A DNA stretch of 64,000 nucleotides from Polyangiaceae bacterium (GCA_046351325.1 JAXLYR010000002.1:496334-560333), one strand, 5' to 3'; counted from the first letter of the stretch, positions 1 to 10,110 are shown. Translations and numbers: made by a program. The notes: a model not told the origin generated them from the sequence alone.

Positions 1-387
1 GCGCTCCTCTTCGGGCTCGGTGAGCCCGCGGATTACCGAGCTCGCGAGGGGTTCGCGCGGCGGCTCTTCGAGGTCGGTGGGTTCACGGTGTCGCTCGCGG
101 ACGCGAGCGGCGGCGCGTGTTGGGTCGAGGACGCGATGGAGCGGGAGAAGCCCGACGCGGTGATGTTGTGTTCGTCGGACGCGATCTACGCGGCGAGCGC
201 GGCCGAGGTCGTCGCGAGGGTGAAGGGCGCGGCGGTCGTCGCGCTCGCGGGCAAGCCGGGCGCGCTCGAGGAGGCGCTGCGGGCCGCGGGGCTCACGCAC
301 TCGGTCGCGCTCGGTGTGGACGTGCCTGCGTGGCTCGATGGTGTGCTCGAGCGCATCGAGCGAGCTCGGAGTGGAGGAGCGCGATGA
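1..387 (+). CDS. Methylmalonyl-CoA mutase small (beta) subunit, C-terminal fragment. The gene begins upstream of the window.
   Basis: Frame 1 is open from position 1. It has a B12-binding-like Rossmann segment ([18 protein letters not shown]...AGKPG). Its stop overlaps the mutB start (ATGA at 384-387), the classic mutA-mutB arrangement. Confidence 0.6.
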   Translation, partial: ALLFGLGEPADYRAREGFARRLFEVGGFTVSLADASGGACWVEDAMEREKPDAVMLCSSDAIYAASAAEVVARVKGAAVVALAGKPGALEEALRAAGLTHSVALGVDVPAWLDGVLERIERARSGGAR

Positions 388-2531
388 CGATCGAGAGCTT
401 CGCGGGCGTAGATTTTGATGACGTCGTTATAGCTACGAACGACAAGGAATCGAAGCGCGAGACCTGGACCTTGCCCGAGGGCATCACCGAGAAGGCGCGC
501 TACGACGCGGCGGACGCGGCGGAGCTCGTCGGTCGCGAGGGGTTGCCTGGGTTCGCGCCGTTCGTGCGCGGTCCGTACCCGACGATGTACGTCGAGCGAC
601 CGTGGACCGTGCGGCAGTACGCGGGCTTCTCCACGGCGGAGGAGTCGAACGCGTTCTATCGACGAAACCTCGCCGCGGGTCAGCGCGGGCTCAGCATCGC
701 GTTCGATCTCGCGACGCACCGCGGATACGACTCGGACCACCCGCGCGTCGTCGGCGACGTGGGGATGGCGGGCGTCGCGATCGACTCGATCCTCGACATG
801 GACGTGCTGTTCGCGGGCATCCCGCTCGATCAGATGAGCGTGTCGATGACGATGAACGGCGCGGTCTTGCCGATCCTCGCGCTCTACATCGTCGCGGGCG
901 AGCGTCAGGGCGTCGCGACGAAGCTGCTCTCCGGGACCATCCAGAACGACATCCTCAAGGAGTTCATGGTCCGCAACACGTACATCTATCCGCCCGAGCC
1001 CTCGATGCGGATCGTGAGCGACATCTTCGCGTTTTGTTCGAGCGAAATGCCGAAGTTCAACAGCATTTCGATCTCCGGCTATCACATGCAAGAGGCCGGG
1101 GCGACGGCGGACCTCGAGCTCGCGTACACGATCGCCGACGGCATCGCGTACGTGCGCGCGGGCATCGCGGCAGGGCTCGACGTCGACGCGTTCGCGCCGC
1201 GGCTCTCGTTCTTCTTCGCGATGGGGATGAACTACTTCGTCGAGGTCGCGAAGCTGCGCGCGGCGAGGCTTTTGTGGGCCGAAGCGATGAAGGCGCTCGG
1301 CGCGAAGAGCGTGAAGTCGCTCGCGCTGCGCACGCACTGCCAGACCTCGGGCTGGTCGCTGACGGCGCAGGAGCCCTACGCGAACGTGGTGCGGACCGCG
1401 GTCGAGGCGATGGCGGCGACCGCGGGGCACACGCAGTCGCTCCACACGAACTCGCTCGATGAGGCGCTCGCGCTGCCGACCGACGCGTCGGCGCGCATCG
1501 CGCGCAACACACAGCTCGTGCTGCAGCACGAGGCAGGCATCGTGCGGCCCGTCGATCCGTGGGGCGGCAGCTACTACGTCGAGTGGTTGACCGAGGCGCT
1601 CGCGACGCGTGCGCGCGAGCACCTCGCCGAGATCGAAGAGCTCGGCGGCATGGTGAAGGCCATCGAGGCCGGCGTGCCCAAGCTGCGGATCGAAGAGGCC
1701 GCGGCGCGCACGCAGGCGCGCATCGACGCTGGCAAACAAGTCATCGTCGGCGTGAACAAACACAAGCCGACGACCGAAGAGCACGTGCCGGTGCTGAAGG
1801 TCGACAACGCGCGCGTGCGCAAGGCGCAGCTCGAGCGGCTCGAGAAGCTGCGGCGCGAGCGCGACGAAGACAAGGTGCAGGCGGCGCTCGCGGCGCTCGA
1901 GGGGGCCGCGCGCTCGGGAGATGGAAATTTCCTCGCGGGGAGCGTCGCGGCCGCGCGCGCCGGCGCGACCGTCGGTGAGATGAGCCTCGCGCTCGAGCGC
2001 GTGTTCGGTCGATACGAGGCGCGCATCCGCGCGGTCGCGGGCGTGTACGCTCGCGAGGTGGGCGAGGATGACGCCGCGATCGGCGAGGTAAAAGGCTTGG
2101 TCGGCGAGGTCATGAAGGCCGATGGTCGGCGACCTCGCGTGCTCGTCGCGAAGATGGGCCAGGACGGCCACGATCGCGGACAGAAGGTCATCGCGACGGC
2201 GCTCAGCGATCTCGGGTTCGACGTCGACATCGGCCCGCTCTTCCTCACGCCGGAGGAGACCGCGCGGCAGGCCGCTGACAATGATGTCCATGCGATCGGC
2301 GTGAGCTCGCTCGCGGCGGGGCACCTCACGCTGGTGCCGGCGTTGAAGAGCGCGCTCGCGGCGCTCGGTCGCGAGGACATCTTGGTGGTCGTCGGCGGCG
2401 TCGTCCCGCCCGAGGACGTGCCCACGCTGCGCGAGATGGGGGTCGCTGCGGTGTTCGGGCCGGGGACGCCCGTGCCGATCGCGGCGCGCGAGCTCGCGTC
2501 GGCGATCCTCGCTTCGGTGCGCGAGGCGTAG
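384..2531 (+). CDS. mutB: Methylmalonyl-CoA mutase large (alpha) subunit
   Basis: The 715-aa product has conserved mutase motifs ([58 protein letters not shown]). The C-terminal B12-binding domain carries the DxHxxG motif (GQDGHDRG). The start was moved to the ATG at 384 within the long ORF 117..2531. Confidence 0.95.
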   Translation: MTIESFAGVDFDDVVIATNDKESKRETWTLPEGITEKARYDAADAAELVGREGLPGFAPFVRGPYPTMYVERPWTVRQYAGFSTAEESNAFYRRNLAAGQRGLSIAFDLATHRGYDSDHPRVVGDVGMAGVAIDSILDMDVLFAGIPLDQMSVSMTMNGAVLPILALYIVAGERQGVATKLLSGTIQNDILKEFMVRNTYIYPPEPSMRIVSDIFAFCSSEMPKFNSISISGYHMQEAGATADLELAYTIADGIAYVRAGIAAGLDVDAFAPRLSFFFAMGMNYFVEVAKLRAARLLWAEAMKALGAKSVKSLALRTHCQTSGWSLTAQEPYANVVRTAVEAMAATAGHTQSLHTNSLDEALALPTDASARIARNTQLVLQHEAGIVRPVDPWGGSYYVEWLTEALATRAREHLAEIEELGGMVKAIEAGVPKLRIEEAAARTQARIDAGKQVIVGVNKHKPTTEEHVPVLKVDNARVRKAQLERLEKLRRERDEDKVQAALAALEGAARSGDGNFLAGSVAAARAGATVGEMSLALERVFGRYEARIRAVAGVYAREVGEDDAAIGEVKGLVGEVMKADGRRPRVLVAKMGQDGHDRGQKVIATALSDLGFDVDIGPLFLTPEETARQAADNDVHAIGVSSLAAGHLTLVPALKSALAALGREDILVVVGGVVPPEDVPTLREMGVAAVFGPGTPVPIAARELASAILASVREA

Positions 2532-3532
2532 TGCGGCGGAGGCTCGACGCGGCCGCGGCCGAGCGAGGGATCCTCGCGCGGGATCGCGGCGTTCTCGCGC
2601 GCGCGGTGACGCTCGTCGAGAGCACGCGCGAGGCCGATCGACTCGTCGCGGAGGAGCTGCTCGAGCGGCTCTTGCCCCACACGGGGCGCGCGCGTCGCGT
2701 CGGGATCAGCGGCCCGCCCGGCGTGGGAAAGAGCACGCTCCTCGAGGCGCTAGGGATGCACCTCGTCGACGCGGGCGAGACGATCGCGGTCCTCGCGGTC
2801 GATCCGTCGAGCCGCTCGACGGGCGGCAGCATCCTCGGGGACAAGACGCGGATGCCGCGGCTCGCGATGAGCGAGCGCGCGTTCGTGCGGCCGTCGCCCT
2901 CGGGCGATCGGCTCGGTGGCGTGGCGCACCGCACCCGCGAGGTCCTCTTGCTCTGCGAGGCCTTCGGCGCGGACGCCGTGCTCGTCGAGACGGTCGGCGT
3001 CGGTCAGAGCGAGATCGAGGTCGCGAACATGGTCGATTGCTTCGTGCTGCTCGGCCTCGGCGGCGCGGGTGACGACCTCCAGGGCATCAAGCGCGGCATC
3101 ATGGAGGTCGCGGACATCGTCGCCGTGAACAAGGCGGACGGTGATCGCCTGCCGCTCGCACGCGCGGCGATGCGCGACTACTCGGCCGCGCTCCGCATCA
3201 TGCGCCCGCGATTCCGGTCTTGGACGCCGAGGGCGATGCTCGTGAGCGGGCTCACGGGCGCGGGCGTCGACACCTTGTGGGAGTCGATCGACGCCCACCG
3301 CGCGGCGATCGCCGAGAGCGGAGAGCTCGCGACGCTGCGTCGCGCGCAGGCGGGGGAGTGGCTGCGGAGCGAGATCGGCGCGCGCCTCGACTCGGCCTTT
3401 CGGGCGCACGTGGAGGTCTCACGGCTCTATTCCGATTACGAGGCGCGGGTCGAAGCGGGGCAGCTGGCGCCGAGCGCAGCGGCTCGACGCCTCGTCGAGG
3501 CCTTCTTGGCGCGACCGCGAATATCGGATTAG
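2531..3532 (+). CDS. meaB: Methylmalonyl-CoA mutase-associated GTPase MeaB/ArgK
   Basis: GTG start overlaps the mutB stop (TAGTG). P-loop GISGPPGVGKST and NKAD motif present. Its position directly after mutB is the conserved one. Confidence 0.9.
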   Translation: MRRRLDAAAAERGILARDRGVLARAVTLVESTREADRLVAEELLERLLPHTGRARRVGISGPPGVGKSTLLEALGMHLVDAGETIAVLAVDPSSRSTGGSILGDKTRMPRLAMSERAFVRPSPSGDRLGGVAHRTREVLLLCEAFGADAVLVETVGVGQSEIEVANMVDCFVLLGLGGAGDDLQGIKRGIMEVADIVAVNKADGDRLPLARAAMRDYSAALRIMRPRFRSWTPRAMLVSGLTGAGVDTLWESIDAHRAAIAESGELATLRRAQAGEWLRSEIGARLDSAFRAHVEVSRLYSDYEARVEAGQLAPSAAARRLVEAFLARPRISD

Positions 3533-3939
3533 CGGGTGTGCTCGAAGGCGGGGGCGACCGCCGCGAGCGCGGCGAGCTCACCGTTCGGGAGCTCGGGCTT
3601 CACGAGCTCGACCGGAGGCGCGAGCGCCGCCAGGAGCGCGGTCTCGTTTCGAGCGTCGGCCTTCTCGAATTTTGCCTCGGGGGATCCTTTTACAATGTCT
3701 TGCTTTTGGAGAAGGGCCACGTCCCCTCTCGCGCGATTCGCGCTGGCGCGGGTCGACTTCCTCGACGGCCGCGGGCTATTGGACACCTCGAGCGCGTGGG
3801 TCGCTTTGCGGCCGGCGCTCTTGGTTGCTCTCGGCCGATCGGGGCTGTTCTGCACCTGAGCACGCTTCGGCTTTGGCGCCTTCACGCCGTGGGCACGCCG
3901 TTGTTCTTCAGAGTGGAACTGCTCGGATCGGGTTGCCAT
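3529..3939 (-). CDS. Hypothetical small basic Lys/Ala/Pro-rich protein, possibly histone H1-like or nucleoid-associated
   Basis: The 136-aa ORF starts at MATRSEQ within the longer ORF 3529..4212. It contains KAPKPKRAQ and SAGRKATH basic repeats. GC3 is about 72%, lower than neighbouring genes. It is preceded by a relatively AT-rich 240-bp intergenic region. Confidence 0.35.
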   Translation of the reverse strand: MATRSEQFHSEEQRRAHGVKAPKPKRAQVQNSPDRPRATKSAGRKATHALEVSNSPRPSRKSTRASANRARGDVALLQKQDIVKGSPEAKFEKADARNETALLAALAPPVELVKPELPNGELAALAAVAPAFEHTR

Positions 3940-4179
3940 AACCCCTAATCCAGCAACAGGTGTGCCCTCATATTTGTGGGTAAAATTCAAGGGATTTGCG
4001 TGATTTGGGGATAGCGAGCGCTGCAGGAATTTCGTCGGGCGAACAGCCGGCGTAACGAGGGAGAGGCGCAAACCACGCAGCGGAATGCAGAAGATTCGGG
4101 GTGGGGGGAGAGGTAGACCCCGATTTTTCGCGGTTACGACGATTGCGCACGTGGCACGGCGATCGCTAATACCCATTCG

Positions 4180-4884
4180 ATGGTGCCGAGACTGCAGCGA
4201 ACGCGAGCCCAAGTCGTCTTTGGTGCGCTGTTCTTGATGGCCTGTGGAGACGACGGCACCGGAGCCGGCGGATCGGGCGGGCAGAGCGTCGGGGGTGCGG
4301 GCGGCGCAGTCGGCGGGCTGGGTGGTGGTGGGGCTGGGCTCGGCGGCTCGGGTGGTGTCGGGCTGGGCGGGAGCGAGCAGGGAGGCGAATCAGGTGGTGG
4401 GGCCGGCGGCGCCGCTCCTGTCACGTGCGAGGTCCACTGCAATCGGGTTCACAATCGGTGCAAGGACGCCAACACCCAATACGTCGACGACGCCTCTTGC
4501 CGTGCGATGTGCGCCTATTTCCCTCTCGGGGTCGAGGGCGACATGATGGGCAACAGCATCTATTGCCGAGAGCACCACTTGTTCGAGGCGAGCCAAGACC
4601 CCGATACGCATTGCCAACACGCAGGGCCTACAGGGGGCGGCGCGTGCGGCGGTGGGTGCACTTCGTTCTGCTCTTTCGCGATGCAGATTTGCCCCGCCGC
4701 ACCCTTCGCGGACGAGGCTGCTTGTCTCGACGCGTGCGCGGCTTGGCCCACGGTGTCGCCTTATTCGGCGGTGACGAGCCCCGACACGGACACGCTCGAG
4801 TGCCGATTCCGCGAGCTGACCCTCGCGACAGTCGAGCCCAGTCGTTGCGCCGATATTGGCACCGTCAGCGCCGTGTGCCCCTGA
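4180..4884 (+). CDS. Cys-rich secreted lipoprotein, hypothetical
   Basis: Signal peptide and lipobox (FLMAC-GDDGTG), followed by a Gly-rich low-complexity tether and then a domain with about 16 Cys. Confidence 0.6.
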   Translation: MVPRLQRTRAQVVFGALFLMACGDDGTGAGGSGGQSVGGAGGAVGGLGGGGAGLGGSGGVGLGGSEQGGESGGGAGGAAPVTCEVHCNRVHNRCKDANTQYVDDASCRAMCAYFPLGVEGDMMGNSIYCREHHLFEASQDPDTHCQHAGPTGGGACGGGCTSFCSFAMQICPAAPFADEAACLDACAAWPTVSPYSAVTSPDTDTLECRFRELTLATVEPSRCADIGTVSAVCP

Positions 4885-4963
4885 GTCATGATATCGACGT
4901 GACAGCGGGGGTCGAGACCCGCGCCGGACGTTGTCCGTAGAAGCGGAGATTCGGAGGAACTCG

Positions 4964-6343
4964 ATGCGCTCCCGTGTGTTGCTCTTGTCCATTCTCCTCG
5001 CAGCTTGTGACGCCGCCGTCGAACCCACACCGTCGGGCCCCAGCGGCACTGGCAGCGGTGCCAAGAGCCAAGTCACCTCATCCCCGCGCGCGCCGGCCTC
5101 GAGCGTCGCTCCACAGCCCAAGCCGGTGGTGAGCGTCTCCGCTCCAACGCCAGTGACGCCCCAGCCCGTCGTGAAGAAGACGCCGCCCGCGAACGTGACC
5201 GAGCTCGCTGCGAGCACCAATCACCTCGGGCTCGACGTCTACAAGCAGGCTCGCAAGGAGCCGGGAAATCTGGCCATGTCGCCGGTGAGCATAACGACCG
5301 CGCTCGCCATGACCTACGGCGGCGCCGCAGGCTCCACTGCCGACGAGATGAAGAAGACCCTCTATTTCCAGGGCTCGCAGGGCGACGTCATGAAGGGGAT
5401 GGGGGATTTGGCAGGTTGGGTCGAGAGCCCCGGGCGACCCATCACGATCCGGATTGCCAATCAGCTCTTCGGGGAGAAGACGTTCGGCTTCGAACCGGCA
5501 TATCTCGACGCGATGAAGGCCTCCTACGGGGCGCCGCTCGAGCCGCTCGACTTCAAGAACGACAGCGCGGGTGCGCTCTCGCGCATCAACGGTTGGGTCG
5601 AGGAGAAGACCGAGAAGCGCATCCAGAATTTGCTCGAGCCGCCGGCGATCAACTCCGGCACGCGGCTCGTATTGGTCAATGCGATTTACTTCTTGGGGAA
5701 ATGGTCGGTGCCTTTCCGCAAGGAGGCGACGAACGACCAGGATTTCTCGGTCACCAAGAGCGACAAGAAGCGCGTGCCGACGATGCACCAGACGGGGGGA
5801 TTCGACTACGCCGAAGTCGGGGACACGAGCGTTCTGCGGATGCCGTTCGGCGACAACACGGTCGCGATGTACATCTTCTTGCCGAAGAGCGTCGACGGCC
5901 TGGCCGCGCTCGAGACCTCACTCGACCCGGCGAAGCTCGATGAGCTCGTCAAGAAGGTGAAGCGCGAAGAGGTCGTGATCTCGCTGCCCAAGTTCGAAGT
6001 CGCCCCCGAAAAGGCCGTGAGCCTGGCCGCGATCCTGAAGAAGCTCGGGATGACGTCCGCGTTCGACCCGAAGCTGGCGGACTTCTCCAAGATGGCCGAC
6101 CCGAAGCAGGCCGAGGGGGGACTCTCGATCACCGACGTCTTCCACAAAGCCTTCGTGAAGGTAGACGAGGCGGGGACCGAGGCCGCAGCGGCGACGGCGG
6201 TCGTGGCGGCGCCCGCGGGCGCGGTGGCCACATCGGACATCAAACAATTCGCCGCGGACCATCCCTTCTTGTTCGTGCTCCGCGACGACACGACGGGGGT
6301 CGTGCTCTTCATGGGTCGCGTCATGGACCCGAGCGTGCACTGA
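4964..6343 (+). CDS. Serpin-family serine protease inhibitor, lipoprotein
   Basis: Serpin signature segments are present: NAIYFLGKWSVPF, the hinge EAGTEAAAATAVV, and C-terminal HPFLFVLRD. Lipobox LLAAC. GGAGG sits 8 nt upstream of the ATG at 4964. Confidence 0.9.
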   Translation: MRSRVLLLSILLAACDAAVEPTPSGPSGTGSGAKSQVTSSPRAPASSVAPQPKPVVSVSAPTPVTPQPVVKKTPPANVTELAASTNHLGLDVYKQARKEPGNLAMSPVSITTALAMTYGGAAGSTADEMKKTLYFQGSQGDVMKGMGDLAGWVESPGRPITIRIANQLFGEKTFGFEPAYLDAMKASYGAPLEPLDFKNDSAGALSRINGWVEEKTEKRIQNLLEPPAINSGTRLVLVNAIYFLGKWSVPFRKEATNDQDFSVTKSDKKRVPTMHQTGGFDYAEVGDTSVLRMPFGDNTVAMYIFLPKSVDGLAALETSLDPAKLDELVKKVKREEVVISLPKFEVAPEKAVSLAAILKKLGMTSAFDPKLADFSKMADPKQAEGGLSITDVFHKAFVKVDEAGTEAAAATAVVAAPAGAVATSDIKQFAADHPFLFVLRDDTTGVVLFMGRVMDPSVH

Positions 6344-6352
6344 GCATCGGCC

Positions 6353-7390
6353 TCAGGGGCGAGCCCCGCGGGGATAGTCGATCATCGCGTCGAGATCGCC
6401 GTAGACGACCCCGCGCATCTGTCCCCCGAACTCCCGGGGGAAGCCGAGCGGCACGGCGCTCAACGCGTCGAGGCTAGCCCTGTGTTCGTCGGCGAGCGCG
6501 AACTCGGTAGAGCCCATGAGGTCGGTGATTTGAGCGACCGTCCGTGCGCCGACGATCGGGATATGCGGGCCTCGCGCGCGAATCCAGGCGAGGGCAACCT
6601 GGGCTGACGACTTGCCAATAGCGTCGGCGATGCGATCGACCTCCTTCGCGACGGCGAGGTTCTGCTCCGTGAGGCGCCGCGCGTTGCCGGCCGCGCGCTT
6701 GGTGTCCTCGGGCGCGCCAGCCGAGCGCGTGTATTTGCCGCTCAACACGCCGCCGCCGATAGGGGCCCACGGGAGCACCGAGAGCCCGAGGGCCTCGGCC
6801 ATGGGCAAGAGCTCGCGCTCGACCGTGCGCTGGATGAGGCTGTATTCGATCTGCAGGCCAACGAAGGCCGAATACCCCCGCAGGCTCGCGAGCGTGTTGG
6901 CTTGAGAGACGATCCACGCGGGCGCGTCGGAGACACCGACGTAGAGGACCTTGCCCGAGCGCACGAGATCATCGAGGCCGCGCATGACCTCTTCGGGGGT
7001 GGTCGTGTAGTCCCAGAAATGCACGTAGAGGAGGTCGAGGTAATCGGTCTTCAGCCGCTTCAGGCTGGCCTCCACCGAGCGCATCATGTTCTTTCTGGAG
7101 TTGCCCGCGCGATTGGGGTCTTGGGTGCCCATCGCGAGCGTGTATTTGGTCGCGACCACCCAGCGATCGCGGTCGGTCTCGATCGCCCTGCCGACGATCT
7201 CCTCGGACTCACCGTCGTGATAGCGGTTCGCCGTGTCGAGGAAGTTGCCGCCCGCGTCCTTGAACGCGTGGATGATGCGGCGACTCTCATCTTCGTCTGC
7301 GCCGAACCCCCAGCGCGTCCCGAAGCTCATGGTGCCGAGGCAGAGCTCCGAGACCTTCAATCCGCTCGTTCCGAGAAATCGATATCGCAT
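6353..7390 (-). CDS. Aldo/keto reductase family oxidoreductase
   Basis: The N-terminus MRYRFLGTSGLKVSELCLGTMSFG is typical of AKR11/YhdN-like enzymes. GAGG lies upstream of the ATG at 7390. Confidence 0.9.
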   Translation of the reverse strand: MRYRFLGTSGLKVSELCLGTMSFGTRWGFGADEDESRRIIHAFKDAGGNFLDTANRYHDGESEEIVGRAIETDRDRWVVATKYTLAMGTQDPNRAGNSRKNMMRSVEASLKRLKTDYLDLLYVHFWDYTTTPEEVMRGLDDLVRSGKVLYVGVSDAPAWIVSQANTLASLRGYSAFVGLQIEYSLIQRTVERELLPMAEALGLSVLPWAPIGGGVLSGKYTRSAGAPEDTKRAAGNARRLTEQNLAVAKEVDRIADAIGKSSAQVALAWIRARGPHIPIVGARTVAQITDLMGSTEFALADEHRASLDALSAVPLGFPREFGGQMRGVVYGDLDAMIDYPRGARP

Positions 7391-7614
7391 CCTCAACCTC
7401 TTGAGTTGGAGAGAAGATTGTGCAAACATGATGCAACCAGTGCGTGAGCCCTAAGCGCTTGATGAGCGTCTCGCGAACAACCCTGTCCGCGATGATGGAG
7501 CGCAGTGTTCTCTCGTCGTCTTGGATGATAGGACGAGATCGCATCGACGGGAACCGTCGTGAGGGTCGGCCCTCAGGGTGACGATTCTTAGAAACCTGGT
7601 CGAGTCGACTGCGT

Positions 7615-8733
7615 ATGGATTGTCCAAGGTTGAAAATGGGCAAACCCATCACTGGCGAGCACAGCGAAACCCTGGATGCTGGGGTCGTCCGTGCGTCTGG
7701 CGAGAGCTCGGGCGGCGGGCCTATGTCCCCGCGAGACCTCATCGCGCTCCAGGCGGGTTGTGTCGTCGATGGGCGGTATCGGCTCATTCGGTTTCTCGCC
7801 GAGGGCGGGATGGGGCAGGTCTGGGTCGCCGAGCATACGAGCCTCGAGCGTCTCGTGGCGCTCAAGGTCGTCGCAGTCCCATCCCCCGTCGTGCGTGCGC
7901 GTGTCCTGCGAGAGGCCAGGCTGCTCGCGGCGCTGCATCACCCCGCTGTCGTCACCGTGTACGACTGCGGTGATCTCGACCGGCAATATCGGGCCTTCGA
8001 CGGCGGCGGGCAGCCGCTCCGTGGCGCGTACATCGCGATGGAGCTCGCCTCCGAGGAGACCCTCGAGCAGCACCTCGCCGCGCGGGGCCCGCTCCCGGCA
8101 AAAGACGCAGTCCAGCTGTTGATCCCTGTGTTGGACGGGCTCGCGGTCGCGCATCGACAGGGCATCATCCACCGCGATCTGAAGCCTTCGAACGTCGTGG
8201 CGAGGCGCGCATCGACCGGCGCGCTCGAGGACGCGAAGCTCCTCGACTTCGGAATAGCGCACGTGGAGCGCGCCGCCCCGAGCACGCTGACCGCCGTCGG
8301 CGGCGTCATCGGAACACCCCAATACATGGCCCCCGAGCAGATCGCGGGTGGCGTCATCGGGCCACACACCGACGTGTGGGGCTTCGCGCTGACGCTCCTC
8401 GAGCTCGTCACGGGTAAGCCGGTTTGGGACGCGCCCGAGCCGAGCTCGGTCATGGCGAGGATCCTCGGCGTGCCCCCCACGCGCCCCGACCCGAGCCGCG
8501 TCGACGCGAGCCTCTGGGCGATCCTCGAGCGCGCTATTGCCAAGTCGCGCGAGGAGCGGATCGGCTCGGTCGTCGAGCTCCGTGAGCGGCTCGTGCGCTG
8601 GTCAGCGGCGAGCCCGAGCGTCGTGAACACGCAACCGTCTCCCCGCGCTTCGGCGCTCGACGCGCTGGATACGACCGACGACGCGCCGCCGTCGCTCGAC
8701 GAGCTCATTCGCAAACGATTCCAAGACAACTGA
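7615..8733 (+). CDS. Ser/Thr protein kinase, Hanks-type
   Basis: Gly-loop AEGGMGQVW, VAIK-like VALKVV, HRDLKPSNV, DFG and APE (YMAPEQ) motifs are all intact. An alternative start is the ATG at 7636. The gene ends 10 bp before the PYP gene. Confidence 0.85.
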   Translation: MDCPRLKMGKPITGEHSETLDAGVVRASGESSGGGPMSPRDLIALQAGCVVDGRYRLIRFLAEGGMGQVWVAEHTSLERLVALKVVAVPSPVVRARVLREARLLAALHHPAVVTVYDCGDLDRQYRAFDGGGQPLRGAYIAMELASEETLEQHLAARGPLPAKDAVQLLIPVLDGLAVAHRQGIIHRDLKPSNVVARRASTGALEDAKLLDFGIAHVERAAPSTLTAVGGVIGTPQYMAPEQIAGGVIGPHTDVWGFALTLLELVTGKPVWDAPEPSSVMARILGVPPTRPDPSRVDASLWAILERAIAKSREERIGSVVELRERLVRWSAASPSVVNTQPSPRASALDALDTTDDAPPSLDELIRKRFQDN

Positions 8734-8743
8734 GGAGTAGGAA

Positions 8744-9814
8744 ATGCTCGAGCTGGATCCGCAGATGCCCCCGCCGTCGTCGTCGTTCGACCCCGCGCGC
8801 ATCGACGAAAAGCCGGACTCCGAAATCGACGCGCTGCCGTTCGGGGTCATCGCGCTCGACGCCGCCGGCACGATCCTCCGATTCAACCTCTACGAATCGA
8901 GGCTCGCGCGGCTCGATCGCAACCAGACCCTCGGGCGGAACTTCTTTCGCGAGGTCGCGCCGTGCACGCGCACCGAGACCTTCGAGGGGCGCGCGATGCG
9001 GCTGCTCTCCCACGGCGCGGTCGGCGAGACCGAGTCGTTCGAATACGTGTTCGCGTTCGCGTTCGGCGAGCAGCACGTCAAGGTCGAGATGTTCGTGCCG
9101 TCCCCGGGGCGACTCTACCTATTCATCAATCGCAAGAGCATCCGCAAGACTCGGATGCTCGGTGACGACGTCCCGCTCGCGGTCGAGCAGCGCGCGCTCG
9201 CGCCCGACGAGCGATCGCTCGGTGTTCGGCGCGACGAGCTCGAGCGGCGCGCCGTCGATGTCCCGGCGCCCTTCTTCGCGGCGCTCCGCGCCACGTGCGA
9301 TCGCGTCGCGCCCGAGAGCTGGCAGCTCTTCGCCTCCGAGTGGGGAGTTCAGTGGGGCCGACGCGTGGCCATCGATTTGGAGGCTTGGGCGACCGAACAA
9401 GGCGAGCCTGCGCTCCGCGAGATCCCCATGCGCCGCGTCGCCGAGCTCGTATCCCGATATTTCTCGGACCGCGGCTGGGGTATGCCGCTGTTCGACTTCG
9501 GTCGCGCCGCCGAGGGCATCGTGGCCATTTCGGTCGAGCGGAGCGCGCTCGCCGAGACGAGCTCGTCCGCGCGGATCGGTCGCGGCCAGGAGCTCTCTTG
9601 CCATTTGCTGGCCGGTAGCTTCTCGGGCGTCTTCACCTATCTCGGCAATCGGCGCTTGGCCGTGCGTGAGGTCGCGTGTCGATCCGCGGGCGAGCCTGTC
9701 TGCTCGTTCGTCGTCGTCTCCCACGATCGCAGGACGACGGTCGACAAAGCTCTGCGAGCCGGCGCTCGCGGCATCGAGAGCATCCAGAACGCCTTGCGGC
9801 GCACGCCGAGCTGA
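8744..9814 (+). CDS. Photoactive yellow protein (PYP) domain fused to a C-terminal putative effector-binding module (XylR_N/V4R-like)
   Basis: Residues ~27-125 align without gaps to Halorhodospira PYP (LAFGAIQLD..ILQYN..GKNFFKDVAPCT vs LPFGVIALD..ILRFN..GRNFFREVAPCT). Cys69 and Glu46 are conserved. The C-terminal part has a CxxxG...C...G...C pattern (ELSCHLLAGSFSG...ACRSAGEPVCSFVV) reminiscent of V4R. Confidence 0.85.
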   Translation: MLELDPQMPPPSSSFDPARIDEKPDSEIDALPFGVIALDAAGTILRFNLYESRLARLDRNQTLGRNFFREVAPCTRTETFEGRAMRLLSHGAVGETESFEYVFAFAFGEQHVKVEMFVPSPGRLYLFINRKSIRKTRMLGDDVPLAVEQRALAPDERSLGVRRDELERRAVDVPAPFFAALRATCDRVAPESWQLFASEWGVQWGRRVAIDLEAWATEQGEPALREIPMRRVAELVSRYFSDRGWGMPLFDFGRAAEGIVAISVERSALAETSSSARIGRGQELSCHLLAGSFSGVFTYLGNRRLAVREVACRSAGEPVCSFVVVSHDRRTTVDKALRAGARGIESIQNALRRTPS

Positions 9815-10110
9815 GGTCGCCAATGGACAGCTCCTTCCTCTTGTCCTCGCGACGCGAGAGTGACAACGCGGTAAGCGAAGCGCGGCTCGGCGGGCGCGAC
9901 CTCGTCGTCGGCTGGGCGGGTGACTGGCCACCCGGCGCGTCGGCGATCGAGGTGCTCGACGCCGTATCCTGGAGTGGCCGCGCCCCGGACCCGGAGAAGC
10001 TCGGGGCCCTCGACTTTCTGTCGTACTTGTTCGGCGCCTAGGTCCCGGGGGCTCTCCCGACGGCCGCCGTTGACGCGCGCGGGACACTTTCTACGCTGGC
10101 GAGAGCTCCT

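Noticed and set aside
186-2324. Long antisense ORFs (712 aa and 368 aa) opposite mutB
   Set aside because: Arg/Ala/Pro-rich 'shadow' reading frames typical of 70%-GC DNA. The sense strand encodes an unmistakable methylmalonyl-CoA mutase.
3940-4180. tRNA or small RNA in the relatively AT-rich intergenic region
   Set aside because: No cloverleaf-compatible arms or GTTCRANYC T-loop consensus seen. It is more likely a promoter region.
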